This document shows positions 16,048-32,590 of a DNA stretch of 64,000 nucleotides, in pieces. The stretch comes from the human T2T-CHM13v2.0 reference genome, Homo sapiens: NCBI RefSeq assembly GCF_009914755.1, contig NC_060925.1; one strand, given 5' to 3'. The position numbers and the translations under genes are program-made. Below the pieces are notes generated by a model that was not told the DNA's origin, searched no databases, and worked only from the letters and a program-made list of their open reading frames with translations. Each line of letters starts with the position of its first letter. The stretch's first letter is position 1.

Positions 16048-19000
16048 GATCATGAACTTTTGCTCCAAGAACTATTGCAGGAACATACCAGGAAAGCCGA
16101 GAGAATCCACAGACCCTTTGAAGGAAGTGGATTGCTGCTGCAGGCTTCTGGAGACAGTTGAAAAACTGTGAGTGTCCAAAGTGTGGAAATGTGAAAGGAG
16201 GATCATCTGCCCCTGAACATACATTCTCACTTGGGAACTTGAAGGTCCAGATCATGGGAGAAAGATTTGACCTTACCTGGAGCTGAGAGAAACTTAGAGA
16301 GCTGAGTGAAATACAGGGGTAGAGGAAGAAGCGGGAAGAGCCCTGTGGGGACCCTCAGTCCCTGGGGAAGCCACTTCTGACTTTGTCTCACAGGGGTCCT
16401 TGGGGAGGCCTGCCAGTGGAACTGGGGAAAGACCACAGGGAGAAAGAAACTTCCAGTTGAACTTTGTAACAATTTAAACCTAACAGGAAGTTTTCTGGAC
16501 ATAATCTGGGGAAGAGGGTGAACCAGGAATGCAGACACAGCACGGAAGTTGCAGCAGGTAGGGAGGTGCAAAATCTGAAAGCCCTCTTTGCTTTCTCATT
16601 GGGGAGGTCTGGAGCCTGGGGCAAGTCCTCAGCCTTGCTCACCAACTGCCTGGAAATAAACTCAGTGCTGTTGGGGTGGAGGGATCAGTGGGAGTGAGAC
16701 TGGCCTTTGGGGCTGCATGGGAGCCAGCTTTCCCCCACTTCCCTGTCAACCTGCATGACGCAGCAGAGGCAGCCATAATCCCCTTGGCAACATAAGTCCA
16801 CTGGCCTGAGTAACCCACCCCCATGCCCCACAGCGGCTGCAGCAAGCCTCATCCAAGAAAAGTCTGAGCTCAGACGCCCTTGGCCTGCCCCCACCTGATG
16901 GCCTTTACCATCAGGTAAAGACCATCCCTGCAGCCACCTGATGGTCTTTACCAGCCCTGGTAGCTGAAGTCAAAGGACATAATCTCTTGGGGGCTCTTTG
17001 GCCCTGCCCACCACCTGAGAAACTTATCCAGGTGATGCTAGGGCAAGCCTGTATCCTCCCTAACTACCACAGCTGATGCTCTCTTAAAAGCGCCACCTCC
17101 TGGCTGGAGGCCAACCAACACAAAACTAGCACAATAAACAAAAATACAACCAAGGACGCTCACAGTGTCCACTTCACACCCCTGCTACCTCCACAAAAGC
17201 AGATTCTTGTATCTAGGGCTGAGAGACTTGAAGACAAATCACATCACAGGACTCTTTGCAGACACTCCCCAGTACCAGCCTGGAGCCAGGTAGATCCAGA
17301 AGAGAAATAACAATTGCTGCAGTTTGCCTCTCAGGAAGCCACATCCCTCAGCACCCATATCCGAGGGCATCCTGTGGAATGAGAGAATCTGAATGGCAGC
17401 TCCTGAGCCCCAGATCGTCTCCTGGCAGTCTACCCAAATGAGAAGGAACCAGAAAAACAATTCTGGTAATATGACAAAACAAGGTACTTTAACACCCCCA
17501 AAAGATAACATTAGCTCACTAGCAATGAATCCAAACCAAAAAGAAATATCTGAATTGCCAGAAAAAGAATTCAGAAGGTCAATTACTAAGCTACTCAAGG
17601 AGGCACCGGAGAATGGTGAATACCAACTCAAAGAAATTAGAAAAACATTACAGGATATAGATGGAAAAATCTCCAGAGAAATAGATAGCATCAATAAAAA
17701 ACAATCACAACTTTCCGGAAGTTGTGACTGTTTTTTATTCATGCTGTCTATTTCTGGAAAGTTGTGATTTTTTTTTATTTATGCTATATATTTTTCTGGA
17801 GATTATCTTCTCTAAGAAGGGCACACTTAGAGAAATACAAAATACCCTGGAAAGTCTCAGCAATAGAATCAAACAAGTAGAAGTAAGAACTCCACAGCTC
17901 AAAGACAAGGCTTTTGAATTAACTCAATCTAATAAAGATAAAGAAAAAAGAATTTTTAAAAATTAGCAAAACTTCCAAGAAGTTTGGGATTATGTTAAAT
18001 GACCAAACCTAAGAATAATTGGTGTTCCCGAGGAAGAAGAGAAATCTAAAAGTTTGGAAAACATCTTTGAGGGAATAATTGAGGAAAACTTCCCCAGGCT
18101 TGCTAGAGATATAGACATCCAAACACAAAAAGCTCAAAGAACACCCTGGAAATTCATCACAGAAAGATCATTGCCTAGGCACATAGTCATCAGGTTATCT
18201 AAAGTTAAGATGAAGGAAAGACTCTGAAGAGCTGTGAGGAAAAGTATCAGGTAACCTATAAAGGAAAACCTGTCAGCTTAACAGCAGATTTCTCAGCAGA
18301 AACCCTACAAGCTAAAAGGGATTGGGGTCCTATCTTCAGCTTCCTTAAACAAAACAATTATCAGCCAAGAATTTTTTATCCTGTGAAACTAAGCTTCATA
18401 AATGTAGAAAAGATATAGTCTTTTTCAGACGTACAAATACTGAGAGAATTCATGACTACCAAGCCAGCACTACAAGAACTGCTAAAAGGAGCTCTAAATC
18501 TTGAAACAAATCCTCAAAATACACAAAAATAGAAACTCCTTAAAGCATAAATCTCACAAGACCTATAAAACAATAACACAATGGAAAAAAACAAGGTATT
18601 CAGGCAACAAACAGCACAATGAATAGAAAAGTACCTCACATCTCAATACTAACATTAAATGTAAATGCTTAAAGGCTCCACTTAAAAGATACAGAATGGC
18701 AGAATTGATAAGAAATCACCAACCAAGTATCTGCTGCCTTCAAGAGACTCACCCAACACATAAGGACTCACATAAACATAAGGTAAAGGGATGGAAAAAG
18801 ATATTCCGTGCAAATGGACACCAAAAGTGAGCAGGAATAGCTATTCTTATAGCAGACAAAACAAACGTTAAAGCAACAGCAGTCAAAAAAGACAGAGGGA
18901 CATTATATAATGATAAAAGGACCTGTGCAACAGGAAAATTTCACAATCCTAAATATATATGCATCTAACACTGGCATTCCCAAATGTATAAAACAATTAC

Positions 19001-22000
19001 TATTAGACCCAAGAAATGAGACAGACAGCAACACTATATTAGTGGGGGAATTAAATACTCCACTGACAGTGGCAAGGCCTCAAGACAGAAAGTCAACAAA
19101 GAAACAATGGACTTAAAATATACCCTAAAACAAATGGACTTAACAGATATTTACAGAGCATTCTACCCAGCAACTGCAGAATATACATTCTATTTGTAAG
19201 CACGTGGAATATTCTCCAAGATAGACCACATGATAGGCCACAAAACCAGTCTCAATAAATTTAAGAAAATTGAAATTGTATCAAGTACTCACTCAGACCA
19301 CAGTGGAATAACATTGGAAATAAACTCCAAAAGGAACCCTCAAAACCATGCAAATATATGAAGATTAAATAACCTGCTTCTGAATGATCATTAGCTCAAC
19401 AATGAAATCATGGAAATTAAAAAAAATTTTAAACTGAATGATAATAGTACATAATCTATCAAAACCTCTGGGATACAGCAAAGGCAGTGCTAAGAGGAAA
19501 GTTCATAGCATTAAATCCCTATATCAAAAAGTCTGAAAGTAAAAATAGACAATCTAAGGTCACACCTCAAGGAACTAGAGAAACAAGAATAAACCAAATC
19601 CAAACCCAGCAGAAGAAAAGAAATAACAAAGATCAGAGCAGAGCTAAATAAAATTAAAACCAAGAAGAAAAAACAATGGAACAAAAACTTGGTCTTTGAA
19701 AAAATAAATAAAATTGATAGACCATTAGTGAGATTAACCAAGAAAAGAAGAGAGAAGAGCCAAATAAGCTCAATGAGAAATGAAATGGGAGCTATTACAA
19801 CTGATAACACCAAAATACAAAAGATCATTCAATACTATGAACACCTTTACACACCTAAAGTAGAAAACCTAGAGGAGATGGAGAAATTCCTGGAATTCTA
19901 AATAGACCAATAATGAGCAGTGAGATCGAAATGGTAATTAAAAAATTGCTCACAAAAAAGTCCAGGACCAGACAGATTCACAGCTGAATTCTATCAGACA
20001 TTCAAAGAAGAATTGATACCAATCCTACTGACACTATTCCACAAGATAGAGAAAGAGGGAATCCTCCCTAAATCATTCTATGAGCCAGTATCACCCTAAC
20101 ACTAAAACCAGAAAAGAACATAACAAAAAAAGAAAACCACAGACCATTATCCCTGATGAACATAGATGCAAAAACCCTTAATAAAATACCAGCTAACCAA
20201 ATCCAACAGCATATCAAAAAGATAATCCACCATGATCAAGTGGGCTTCATACTAGGGATGCAGGGATGGTTTAACATATGCAAGTCAATAAATGTGATAT
20301 ACCACATAAACAGAATTAAAAACAAAAATCACATGATCATCTCAATAGATGCAGAAAAGGCATTTGACAAAATCCAGCATTGCTTTATGGTTAAAACCCT
20401 CAGCAAATTGACATAGAAGGGACATACCTTAGTGTAATAAAAGCCATCTATGACAAACCTACAGCCAGCATTATACTAAATGGGGAAAAGTTGAAAGCAT
20501 TCCCCCTGAGAACTGGAACAAGACAAGGATGCCCACTTTCACCATTTCTATTCAACATAGTGCTGGAAGTCCTAGCCAGAGCAATTAGGCAAGAGAAAGA
20601 AATAAAGGGCATCCAAATTGTTAAAGAGGAAGTCAAACTGTTACTGTTTACTGATGATATGATTGTATACTAGAAAACCCTAAAGACTCATCCAAAAAGT
20701 TCCTAGAACTGATAAATGAATTTAGCAATGTTTCAGGATACCAAATTAATGCACACAAATTCATAGCACTGCTATACACAAACAGCAACCAAGCTGAGAA
20801 TCAAATCAAGAACTCAACCCCTTTTACAATAGCTGCAAAAAAATAAAATATCTAGAAATATACCTAACCAAGGAAGTGAAAGACCTCTACAAGGACAACT
20901 ATAAAACACTGCTGAAATAAATTGTAGATGACACAAACAAATGGAAACACATCCCCTGCTCATGGATGGGTAGAATCAACATTGTGAAAATGATCATACT
21001 GCCAAAAGCAATCTACATATTCAATGCAGTTCCCATCAAAATACCACCATCGTTCTTCACAGAGCTAGAAAAAAATTCCTAACATTTTTATGGAACCAAA
21101 ATGATCCTGCATAGGCAAAGTAAGACTAAGCAAAAAGAACAAATCTGGAGGCATCGCATTACTGGACTTCAAACTATACTATTAGGCCATTATCTCCAAA
21201 ACAGCATGGTACTGGTGTAAAAATAGGCACACAGACCAATGGAACAGAATAGAGAACCCAGAAATAATGCCAAATACTTGCAGCCAACTGATCTTCGACA
21301 AAGCAAGCAAAAACATAAAGTGGGGAAAGAACACCCTATTCAACAAATGGTGCTGGGATAACTAGCAAGCCACATGTAGAAGAATGAAACTGGAACCTCT
21401 TCTCTCACTTTATACAAAAATCAACTCAAGATGAATCAAAGATTTAAATCTAAGACCTGAAACCATAAAAATTATAGAAGACGACATCAGAAAAACCCTT
21501 CTAGACATTGGCTAAGTCAAAGAGTTCATGACCTAGAATGCAAAAGCAAATGCAACAAAACAAAGATAAATAGTTGGGACTTAATTAAACTAAAAAGCTT
21601 CTGCACAGTAAAGGAAACAATCAGGAGAGTAAACAGACAACCCACAGGGTGGGAGAGAATCTTCATAATCTATACATCTGACAAAGGACTAATATCCAGA
21701 ATCTCCAAGGAATTCAAATAAATCATCAAGAAAAAAATATCCCATCAAAAGGTGGGCTAAGAACAAGAATAGACAATTCTCAAAAGAAGATATACAAATG
21801 GTCAACAAACATATGAAAAATACTCAACATCACTAATGTTTAGGGAAATGCAAATCAAAACCACAATGCAATACCATCTTACTTCTGCAAGAATAGCCAT
21901 AATCAAAAAATAAAAAAAAAAATAGATGATGGCATGGATGTGGTGAAAAGGGAACATTTTTACACTGCTGATGGGAATGTAAACTAGTACGACCACTATG

Positions 22001-22589
22001 GAAAACAGTGTGGATATTCCTTAAAGAACTAAAAGTAGATCTACCATTTGATCCAGCAGTCCCACTACTGGGTATCTACCCAGAGGAAAAGAAGTCATTA
22101 TTCAAAAAAGATATTTGCACATGCATGTTTATACCAGCACAATTCGCAATTGCAAAAATATGGAATCAGTTCAAATGCCTACCAATCAATGAGTGGATAA
22201 AGAAAATGTGGTATATATATACCATGGAATACAAATCAGCCATAAAAAGGAACAAGATAATGGCATTCACAGCAACCTGGATGGAGTTGGAGACCATTAT
22301 TCTAAGTGAAGTAACCCAGGAATGGAAAACCAAATATCATGTTCTCACTCACAAGTGGGACCTAAGCTATGAGGGTGCAAAGGCATAAGAATAATACAAT
22401 GGACTCTGGGGACTCAAAGGAAAGGGTGGGGGTGGAGGTGAGGAATAAAATACTATACATTGGGTACAGTGTACTCTGCTCAACTGATGGGTGCATGAAA
22501 ATCTCAGAAATCACCACTAAAGAATTTATTCATGTAATGAAACACCACCTGTTCTTCAAAAACTAATTGAAATTTTAAAAAATTTAAAA
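16048..22589 (+). mobile_element. Near-full-length L1PB (L1PBa-type 5' UTR, L1PB1-like 3' end) with broken ORF1 and ORF2
   Basis: GC-rich 5' UTR, ORF1 remnant at 17393-17767, RT remnants ([26 protein letters not shown]), 3' end aaatcaccactaaagaa. TSD aatttatagaaca/aatttagagaaca. Confidence 0.9.
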
Positions 22590-22998
22590 AATTTAGAGAA
22601 CAAATAAGACAGAAAATCAAGAAGGACATGGAAGAGTCATACAACTCTATTACCCAATTTGATCTATTCAACATTTATAGAACATTCCACCCAACTACAG
22701 CAATATACACATTTTCCCCCAAGTATACACAGAATATTTACTAAGATAGAACATAAAATATGTCTAGGCCATAAAATATGTCTCAATATATGGAAAATAA
22801 TTCAAATTATGCAATGTACATTGTGTGACTATGATGGAACTAGATGATAAATCAGTAATAGAAAGATATCTAGAATATCCAGAAATATTTGGAAACTATA
22901 TAACCTAGTTCTAACTTCAAAAGTTAAATTAGAAAGCATTTGGCTTGAATGAAAATAAAAACAATATTTCAAAATATGGGGGTATAGCTAAAGCAGTA

Positions 22999-23361
22999 TG
23001 ATATGGTTTGGCTCTGTGTCCCCACCCAAATTTCATCTTGAATCGTATTCCCATAATGCCCATATGTTGTGGGAGGGACCTGGTGGGAGATAATTGAATC
23101 ATGGAGGTGGTTTCTCTCATACTGTTCTCGTGGTAGTGAATAAGTCTCACAAGATCTGATGGTTTGATATAGGGAAGCCTGTTTCACTTGGCTGTCATTC
23201 TCTGTCTTGCTGCTGCCATGTAAGATGTGCCTTTCACCTTCCACCATGATTGTGAGGCCTCCCTAGCCACGTGGAACTGTAAGTCCATTAAACCTCTTTC
23301 TTTTGTAAATTGCCCAGTCTTGGGTATGTCTTTATTAGCAGCATGAAAATGTACCAATACA
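22999..23361 (+). mobile_element. THE1 solo LTR
   Basis: tgatatggtttggctctgtgtccccaccc...aataca. Perfect TSD CAGTA. Confidence 0.93.
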
Positions 23362-25059
23362 CAGTACTTACAGGGAAATTTATATTAGAGAAAAAGAAAC
23401 ATATCAAATCAATGACTTCAGCTTTCACTCCAAGAAACTAGAAAATAAATATCAAGTAAGACCCAAAGGAAGCAGAAAAATGAAATAATACCAAAATAGA
23501 AATTAGAAATAAAATAAAAAAGAGAAAACAATAGATAAAATCAATGCACCCAAGAGCAAGTTCTTTGAGAAGACACTAAAATTGTTAAACTTCTACACAG
23601 GCCAATCAGGAAAGAGAGAGAGAGAGAGTGAAAGAGAATACAAATTACCGGTAGCAGGAATAGTAGAAGTTATATCACTAGGAAGTCTGCAGATTTTAAA
23701 AGGGTAGTAAGGGAATATGGCAAACAACTTTATGTCAATAAATTATAAAATGTAGGTGAAGTGTATAAATTTCTTGAAAGGCTCAACCAAACTTCCCTCA
23801 AGAAGAAACTAATAATAAAAATAGCTGTATATTTATTAAAGAAACTGAATTTGTAGCTGAAAACCTTTTCATAAAGAAAACCTAGGTCCAGATGGCTTCA
23901 CTGGTAACTTATAGCAAACATTTCAGAAATAATACCAATTCTACACAAACACTTCCAGAAAGGTAAAGAGTGGGGAATACTTCCCAACTCATTCTATGAA
24001 ACCAGTTTCATTCTGACATCAAAACCAGACGGACATTAAGGAAAGAATACTAAAGATCAATTTCTATCATAAGTATAGATGCAAAAAATTATAACCAAAT
24101 TTTAGCAAATCAAATCCAACAATATATAAAAATGATAATAAGTCATGGCCAAGTGGGATTTAATCCCAGAATACAAAGTTCAGTTTGACATTATCAAATG
24201 ATCAATATAATTCACCATAACAGACTAAAAATGAAAAATCATATGATTTTTGCAATACATATAGAAAAAACATTTCATAAAATTCAACTTCCATGTCTAA
24301 CAAAAACTCTCACAAACTAAGAATAAAAGGGAGCTTTCTCAACCTGATAAAAAGTATCTAAGAATATCCTACGGTTAACATCATACTTAATGATGAAAGA
24401 TACAATACTTTCTCCCTAAGATCATGAACAATGATGTTCACTCTTACCACCTCTTTTCAACATTGTGGTGGAAGTACTAGCCAGTGCAATTGGGCAAGAA
24501 AAAGATATAAAAGCATCCAGAATGAAAGGAAGAAGTAAAACTATCTTCATTTACAGATGACATGATTGTCTATGTACAAAATCATATGGAATGTTTTAAA
24601 ATCTCTATCTAGAGACTCAATATTTTTGTCATCAGTTCTTCCCAAATTGATCTACATGTTTAATGGTATCCCATTCAAAATCAAAGCAGGCATTTTTGTA
24701 GAAATTGCCAAGCTGATTCTAAAATATGTATAGAAATTCAAAGGGCCTGAAATATCCAAAACAATCTCAAAAAAAGAACAAAGTTAGAAAATTTATTCTA
24801 CCTGATTTTAAAACTTACTATAAAGCTGCAGTAAATCTGAAACTGTTATATTGCCATAAAGGTAGACATAAAAATCAGTAGATCAGAATAGTGAGTCCAT
24901 AAAAAGGCCCACATAATATGCAGCCAACTAAAGTCACCAAAAGTAATTTTATTTGAAAAAGATAATCTTTTCAACAAAGGATGCTAAAACAATTGGCTAT
25001 TCATGTGGAGAAAAATGAACCTCAACCTCCATATCATACCACCTCCAAAAATTAATTTA

Positions 25060-25346
<287 letters not shown>

Positions 25347-26396
25347 AAAAATAATTTGAGATGAAGCATAAACCTAAATAAAAAAGCTAAAACTATAAAG
25401 TTTCTAGAAGAAAACAGAAGAGAGTATCTTTGCATCTTAAGGGCAAGCAAAATTTCTTAGCCAAGATTCTAAAGCACTAACCATAAGAGAAAAAAACCTG
25501 ATATGCTGGACTTCATAAAATATAAAACTTCCATTCTTCCAAAAATAACATTAATAAAATAAAAGGCAAGCCACAGCCTGCTAGAAGTATTTGCCATACA
25601 TAAACCTGAAAAAGAAATTTTATCCAAAATGTATAATGAATTCCTATAATTCAATAATGAAAAAACTAAATAATCCAATAAAAAGTGAGCAAAAGATTTA
25701 TACAGACTCATCATAAAAGAAGATACATGAATGGCCACTAAGCACATGAAAAGATGCTCAACGTCCCTGGTCATCCACGTAACGCAGATCAAAACCACAG
25801 CGAGATGAACAACAATGACTGACAATACCAAGTTTTGGTGAGGGTGTAGAGCAACTCTGACTTTCATACATTGTAATAGTGAGAATGTAAATATTACAAC
25901 CACGTTGGAAAAGAGTTAGGGTGCTTCTTATAAAGTTAAACATATATATTCTCTATGATCCAGCTATTCCACTCCTAAGTATTTGAACATATGTTCACAA
26001 AAAGATTTGTGTGATAATGTTCATAACAGCTTTGTTCAGAATAGCCCCAAACTGGAAACAACCCAATTGTCCACCAATAGGTGAATGGATAAACAGACTG
26101 TAGCATATTGATTAAAATACTACTCAGCAATAAATAGAAGAAACTACTAATATGTGAGACAATATAGATCAACCCAAAAAACAGTACGTTGGGTGAAAGG
26201 AGCTTGATAAAAATAATTATGTACTGTTTTATAATGTTAATAAGATGTTCTAGAATAGGCAAACTAAATGATGATGATAGAAACCAGAATAATGGTTATT
26301 TTTAGGAGAGACACTGACTGGGACAGAGCATGAGGGGGTAGTTTTCAGGAGTGATGTAAATGTTCAATATCTTTATTGGTGTGATGGTTACACATG

Positions 26397-26830
26397 CCAT
26401 ATTAGTTTCCTAGGGCTGCTGTAACAAAGTGCCACTAACTCAGTGTCTTAAAATGACTGTCACTTATTATCTCATATTTCTAGAGACTAGAAGTCCAAAA
26501 TCAAGGTATCAGCAGGGTTGACTCTTTCCAATCATTCTGAGGGAGAATCTGTTCTGTGCCTCTCTCTCAGCTTCTGGTGAAGGACGGCAATCCTTGGTGT
26601 TCCTTGGCTCGTAGATGCATCACTCCAGTCTCTGCCTCCATGTTTACATGGTGTTCTCCCTGTGTCTCAGTGTTTACATTTCCCTCTCCTTGTAAAGACC
26701 TTCCCAATCACCTCACCTTAATTTGATTACATCTGCAAAGACACTATTGCCAAATAAGGCCACAGTCACAGGTGCCATGGGCTAAGACTTCAACCTGTCT
26801 GTTTGGATGGCACAGTCGAAATCATAAAGC
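26397..26830 (-). mobile_element. MLT1B/C-type LTR
   Basis: attagtttcctagggctgctgtaacaaag...gtagatgcatcactccagtctctgcc. Confidence 0.8.
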
Positions 26831-26859
26831 ATGAGTATATATTTGTCAAAACTGATTAA

Positions 26860-28880
26860 TGGGAGAAAAATTCATGACCTTGGTTTGGTGATGAGTTTTT
26901 AGCTATAACACCAAAAGCATAGCCATGAAATAAAAAATTGAGAAGTTGGGTTTTATTAAAATTAAAAACTTCTGCTCTGTGAAAGATACTGTTAAGAGAC
27001 TGAAAAGGCAAACCACAGACTGGGAGAAAATATTTGAAAAACACATATCTGGTATCTGGTAAAGGACTAGTATCCAAAATAACAGAGAACTCTTAAAATA
27101 CAACCATGTGAAAACAAACAACTCAATTAAAAATAGGCACAAGATCTGAACAGACACCTCACTAAAGAAGATATACAGATGGCAAATTAGCATATGAAAA
27201 GATGTTCAACATCCTATGTCATTAGAGAATTACAAATTAAAACAACAATAAGATATAATCACACACCTATTAGAATGGCTAAAATCCAAAAAACTGACAA
27301 TACCAATTGCTGGTGAAGATGTAGATCAACAGAAAGTCTCATTCTTTGATAGTGGAAATGCTAAACGGAACAGCCGCTTTGGGAGACTTAAGTAGCCAAA
27401 TATAGTCTTACCATACTCTCTAGCAGTTATGCTCCCTATGACTTGAAAACATGTCCACACTAAAACTTGCATGCAAATCTTTATAGCAGTTTTATTCATA
27501 ATCACCAAAACCAGGAAGCAACCAAGATGCCCTTTAGTAGATGAATAGATAAAAAACACTGTTACATCTTTGCAATGGAGTATTATTTGTCAATAAATAA
27601 TTTGAGCTATCAAGCCATGAAAAGTTATGAGTAAATCTTAAATGTATATTGCTAAATAAAAGAAGACATTCTGAAAAGGCTACATATTGTATGATTCCAA
27701 TTATATGACATTCTGGCAAAAGCAAAATTATGTTAAGAGTAAAAAGATAAGTGGTTGCCAGGTGTAGAAAGGGAAAGTTAAATAGGTGAAGCACAGGGGA
27801 GGTTTTAGGGCCACAGAACTATTCTGTATGATATTGTAATGGTAGATATATGACAGGATGCATTTATCAAAACCTATACAACTTTACAGTGCAAAGAGTG
27901 AGCCTTAATATATGAAAATAAAAAAAAATCTTTTAGGTGATTGAGGTCCAGGACAAAATGTGACAAAGCAATCTAATTGTGTACAAATGTATGAAACAAC
28001 CTCATGGAAGAGGGTTGGGGAAAACGTCCTGACCTAAGTAACTTTGGAAATGAGTGGAGTTAATAGAACTAAAGGTAAAAGCTGTAAATAAATACTGTTC
28101 TCTAGTTGATAAAGTTGTTTCCCATGGGTCATGGGCTAACACAATACTGATAGCACTAAGCATATATACTGCAAGTGAACAATTAAGTAAATGAATGGCA
28201 GATGGTGGGAGTCAGTTTTCTCACTGTTGGAATGGGAGGTTACAAACAAGCAAGGGAGGAAGCTAGAATGGTCCATGTGATAATAGATTCGAGTTGGAGA
28301 CATCAGCAGAAACTAATGTTTAGGTTAATGTACATACAGATGGTGGCATATAGAAATATGTACAGTTCTGTGTATATACATGGATTCATTTTAACACACA
28401 TATTTTTTTCTGTCAGCTGAGAGGGCCTAGAAACAAGGACATACAGTAGCAATGACCACACATGCCAGATCTTGGTTTCTAATACCATTCTCTAGTGAAA
28501 GGGACCAGGGTTCTTGGAGAAATGGTTGAGTCTACGAGTAGGGCAGAAAACATATAGCATGATACTGGGGTATCCTGTAGTGCCAGAAAGTAAGAAAGTG
28601 CTCATAAAACCAAAAACAAACAAAAAGAAATGGTAATAATATTAGGTCAAAGTGACCTGGGAGCCAACCAAAGGAGCTCTCAGAAGCCAAAGCTGGAAAT
28701 ATGTAAGTGACAAAGGAAAGAAAGTAGTATAGGATTATAATCCAAAATATAAAATCAATATCTATGAGACCATACTGATAGAAATAAATGTTTGGATAAA
28801 TTAATACATGGAGAAAAAAGCCAAATACCCCATGAAGAAGCATTCCAAATTATTTGTGTAGATGGTCTGTCCTCAAGGAG
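26860..28880 (+). mobile_element. L1MC/MD ORF2 3' end and long 3' UTR
   Basis: ORF2 C-terminal sequence followed by cctgacctaagtaactttggaaatgagtgg and ccagatcttggtttctaataccattctc motifs. Confidence 0.75.
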
Positions 28881-28929
28881 CTAAAATGTAACTTTCTTCA
28901 CTCCACAAATAGGCCCTGGGAAGTTGTTG

Positions 28930-29460
<531 letters not shown>

Positions 29461-29481
29461 AGTGTTTATTCTCTAAGGTAG

Positions 29482-29922
29482 TGTATTTCTAAGGTAGTCT
29501 GCTTCAGCTGCTGTAACAAAATGCCACACAGTGGCTTAAACAACAGAAATATATTTTCTCGCAGTTCTAGAGGCTGGGAAGTCCAAGATCCGGGACTGGC
29601 AGGGCTTGGTGTCTGATAAGGGCTCTCTTCCTGGTTTGTGGATGGTTGCTTTGTCCTTACATGGCCTTTCCGTAGTGCATGTGTGAGGGTGGGAGTGTGG
29701 GTGAAGGGTTGGGGAACCTCTATCTCTCTCTTTTTCTCTCTTCCTCTTCTTATAAGGCTAACAATCCCATTGGAGTACAGTCCCACCCTTATGATGTCAT
29801 TTACCTTGTATTACTTTCTAAAGCCCTATCTACAAATATAGTCACATTGAGGGGTGAGGGCTTCATATTTTGGAGCCCAAAATAATAATTTTGGAGGCAA
29901 GAACACAATTTAGTCCATAGCA
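29482..29922 (-). mobile_element. MLT1A-type solo LTR
   Basis: TG...tagtccatagCA termini. TSD GGTAG at 29477-29481 and 29923-29927. Confidence 0.85.
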
Positions 29923-30104
29923 GGTAGTCTGAGATACTGAATAAGACAACTTGAATTCTCATTCTAACTTCACCACGTACTAGCTATGTTGGGGAAATCT
30001 CTCAAGTTCCTTAACTTTTTTTCATTTTTAAAAATTGAGGTATTATTTTTATCCAGTAAAACTCACACATTTTAAAATATTGTTAAGTGAGCTTTTTTTA
30101 AAAA

Positions 30105-31700
<1,596 letters not shown>

Positions 31701-31937
31701 TTTATTGCTTTTATAAATTAGCCTTTTGTGTAAGATTTCATTTGAAAACCAAAACAACAAAAACAACTTCCACAGCTAAATAACAAATTCAAAACCCATT
31801 GGACTAGACTATGCATAGCTAAAAGCCCTTTTATCTCCAAGGATCTCTGATGCTGCAGGGCTGGGAGGGAAGTGGAGCGGAACTTTGTCTTATTATCTTT
31901 GGCCAACAGAGTGGAGTGGATTGGATTGGCTTGGAAT

Positions 31938-32590
31938 TCATCCAGCATTCAACAAGTATTATTGAGCCCTTCTTAGAGGCCAGGAACAGCCCCAAATGCT
32001 GGGTACAGGATGAGCAAGGCAGCAAGTCCCCTTGTGGGGCTGACCTCGCAGTGGGGGACAGACAACACGCATGTAAACAAATACAGAAGGTTCAGATAGA
32101 GACAGGCGGCAAAAATAAAACATCATAAAGAAATGGAATGCGATGTGGGGGAAGATAAGAAGTAAAGTGGGGGTGGTGAGAAAAGGTGGCTAACTTTGAG
32201 CTGAGGCCTGAGGAGGGTGAGAAGGAGCCAGATATTTTAGACCTAGAAGAATAGCGTTCTAGGCAGAGGAATTTTTAGGAGAAGTGATATGAAGCAGGAA
32301 CACGCCGGGCTCATTAAAGGGGCAAAAAGAGGATCAGATAGGCTGAGCAGAGTAAAAGAGGAGAGTGGCAGCAGGTAAGGTTGGAGGCCCCAGAGAACAA
32401 TAGGGCATATAGATCAGAGAGGGCATGTCGATTTTATCCGTAAGGCAATGGAAAGCCATAGAAGATGTCTGTTAAGAAATAGAGATCAAGTTGACATTAG
32501 TTGATAGTGGATGTTAAAGCTTAGGCCCAACTAACCAGCCAGAGGAGTCCAGGTGAGAAATGAAGGTGATCCTGAACCAGGCCCAGAGCA
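31938..32590 (-). mobile_element. L2 3' portion
   Basis: cattcaacaagtattattgagc start and aactttgagctgaggcctgaggag...ggaaagccatagaag. Confidence 0.75.

Noticed and set aside
16048-22589. Active LINE-1
   Set aside because: Both ORFs have many stops and frameshifts and ORF1 contains an inverted insertion.
22752-22783. 14-bp repeat cataaaatatgtct twice, and similar micro-duplications near 27045 and 29472
   Set aside because: Ordinary slippage-scale duplications inside decayed repeats.
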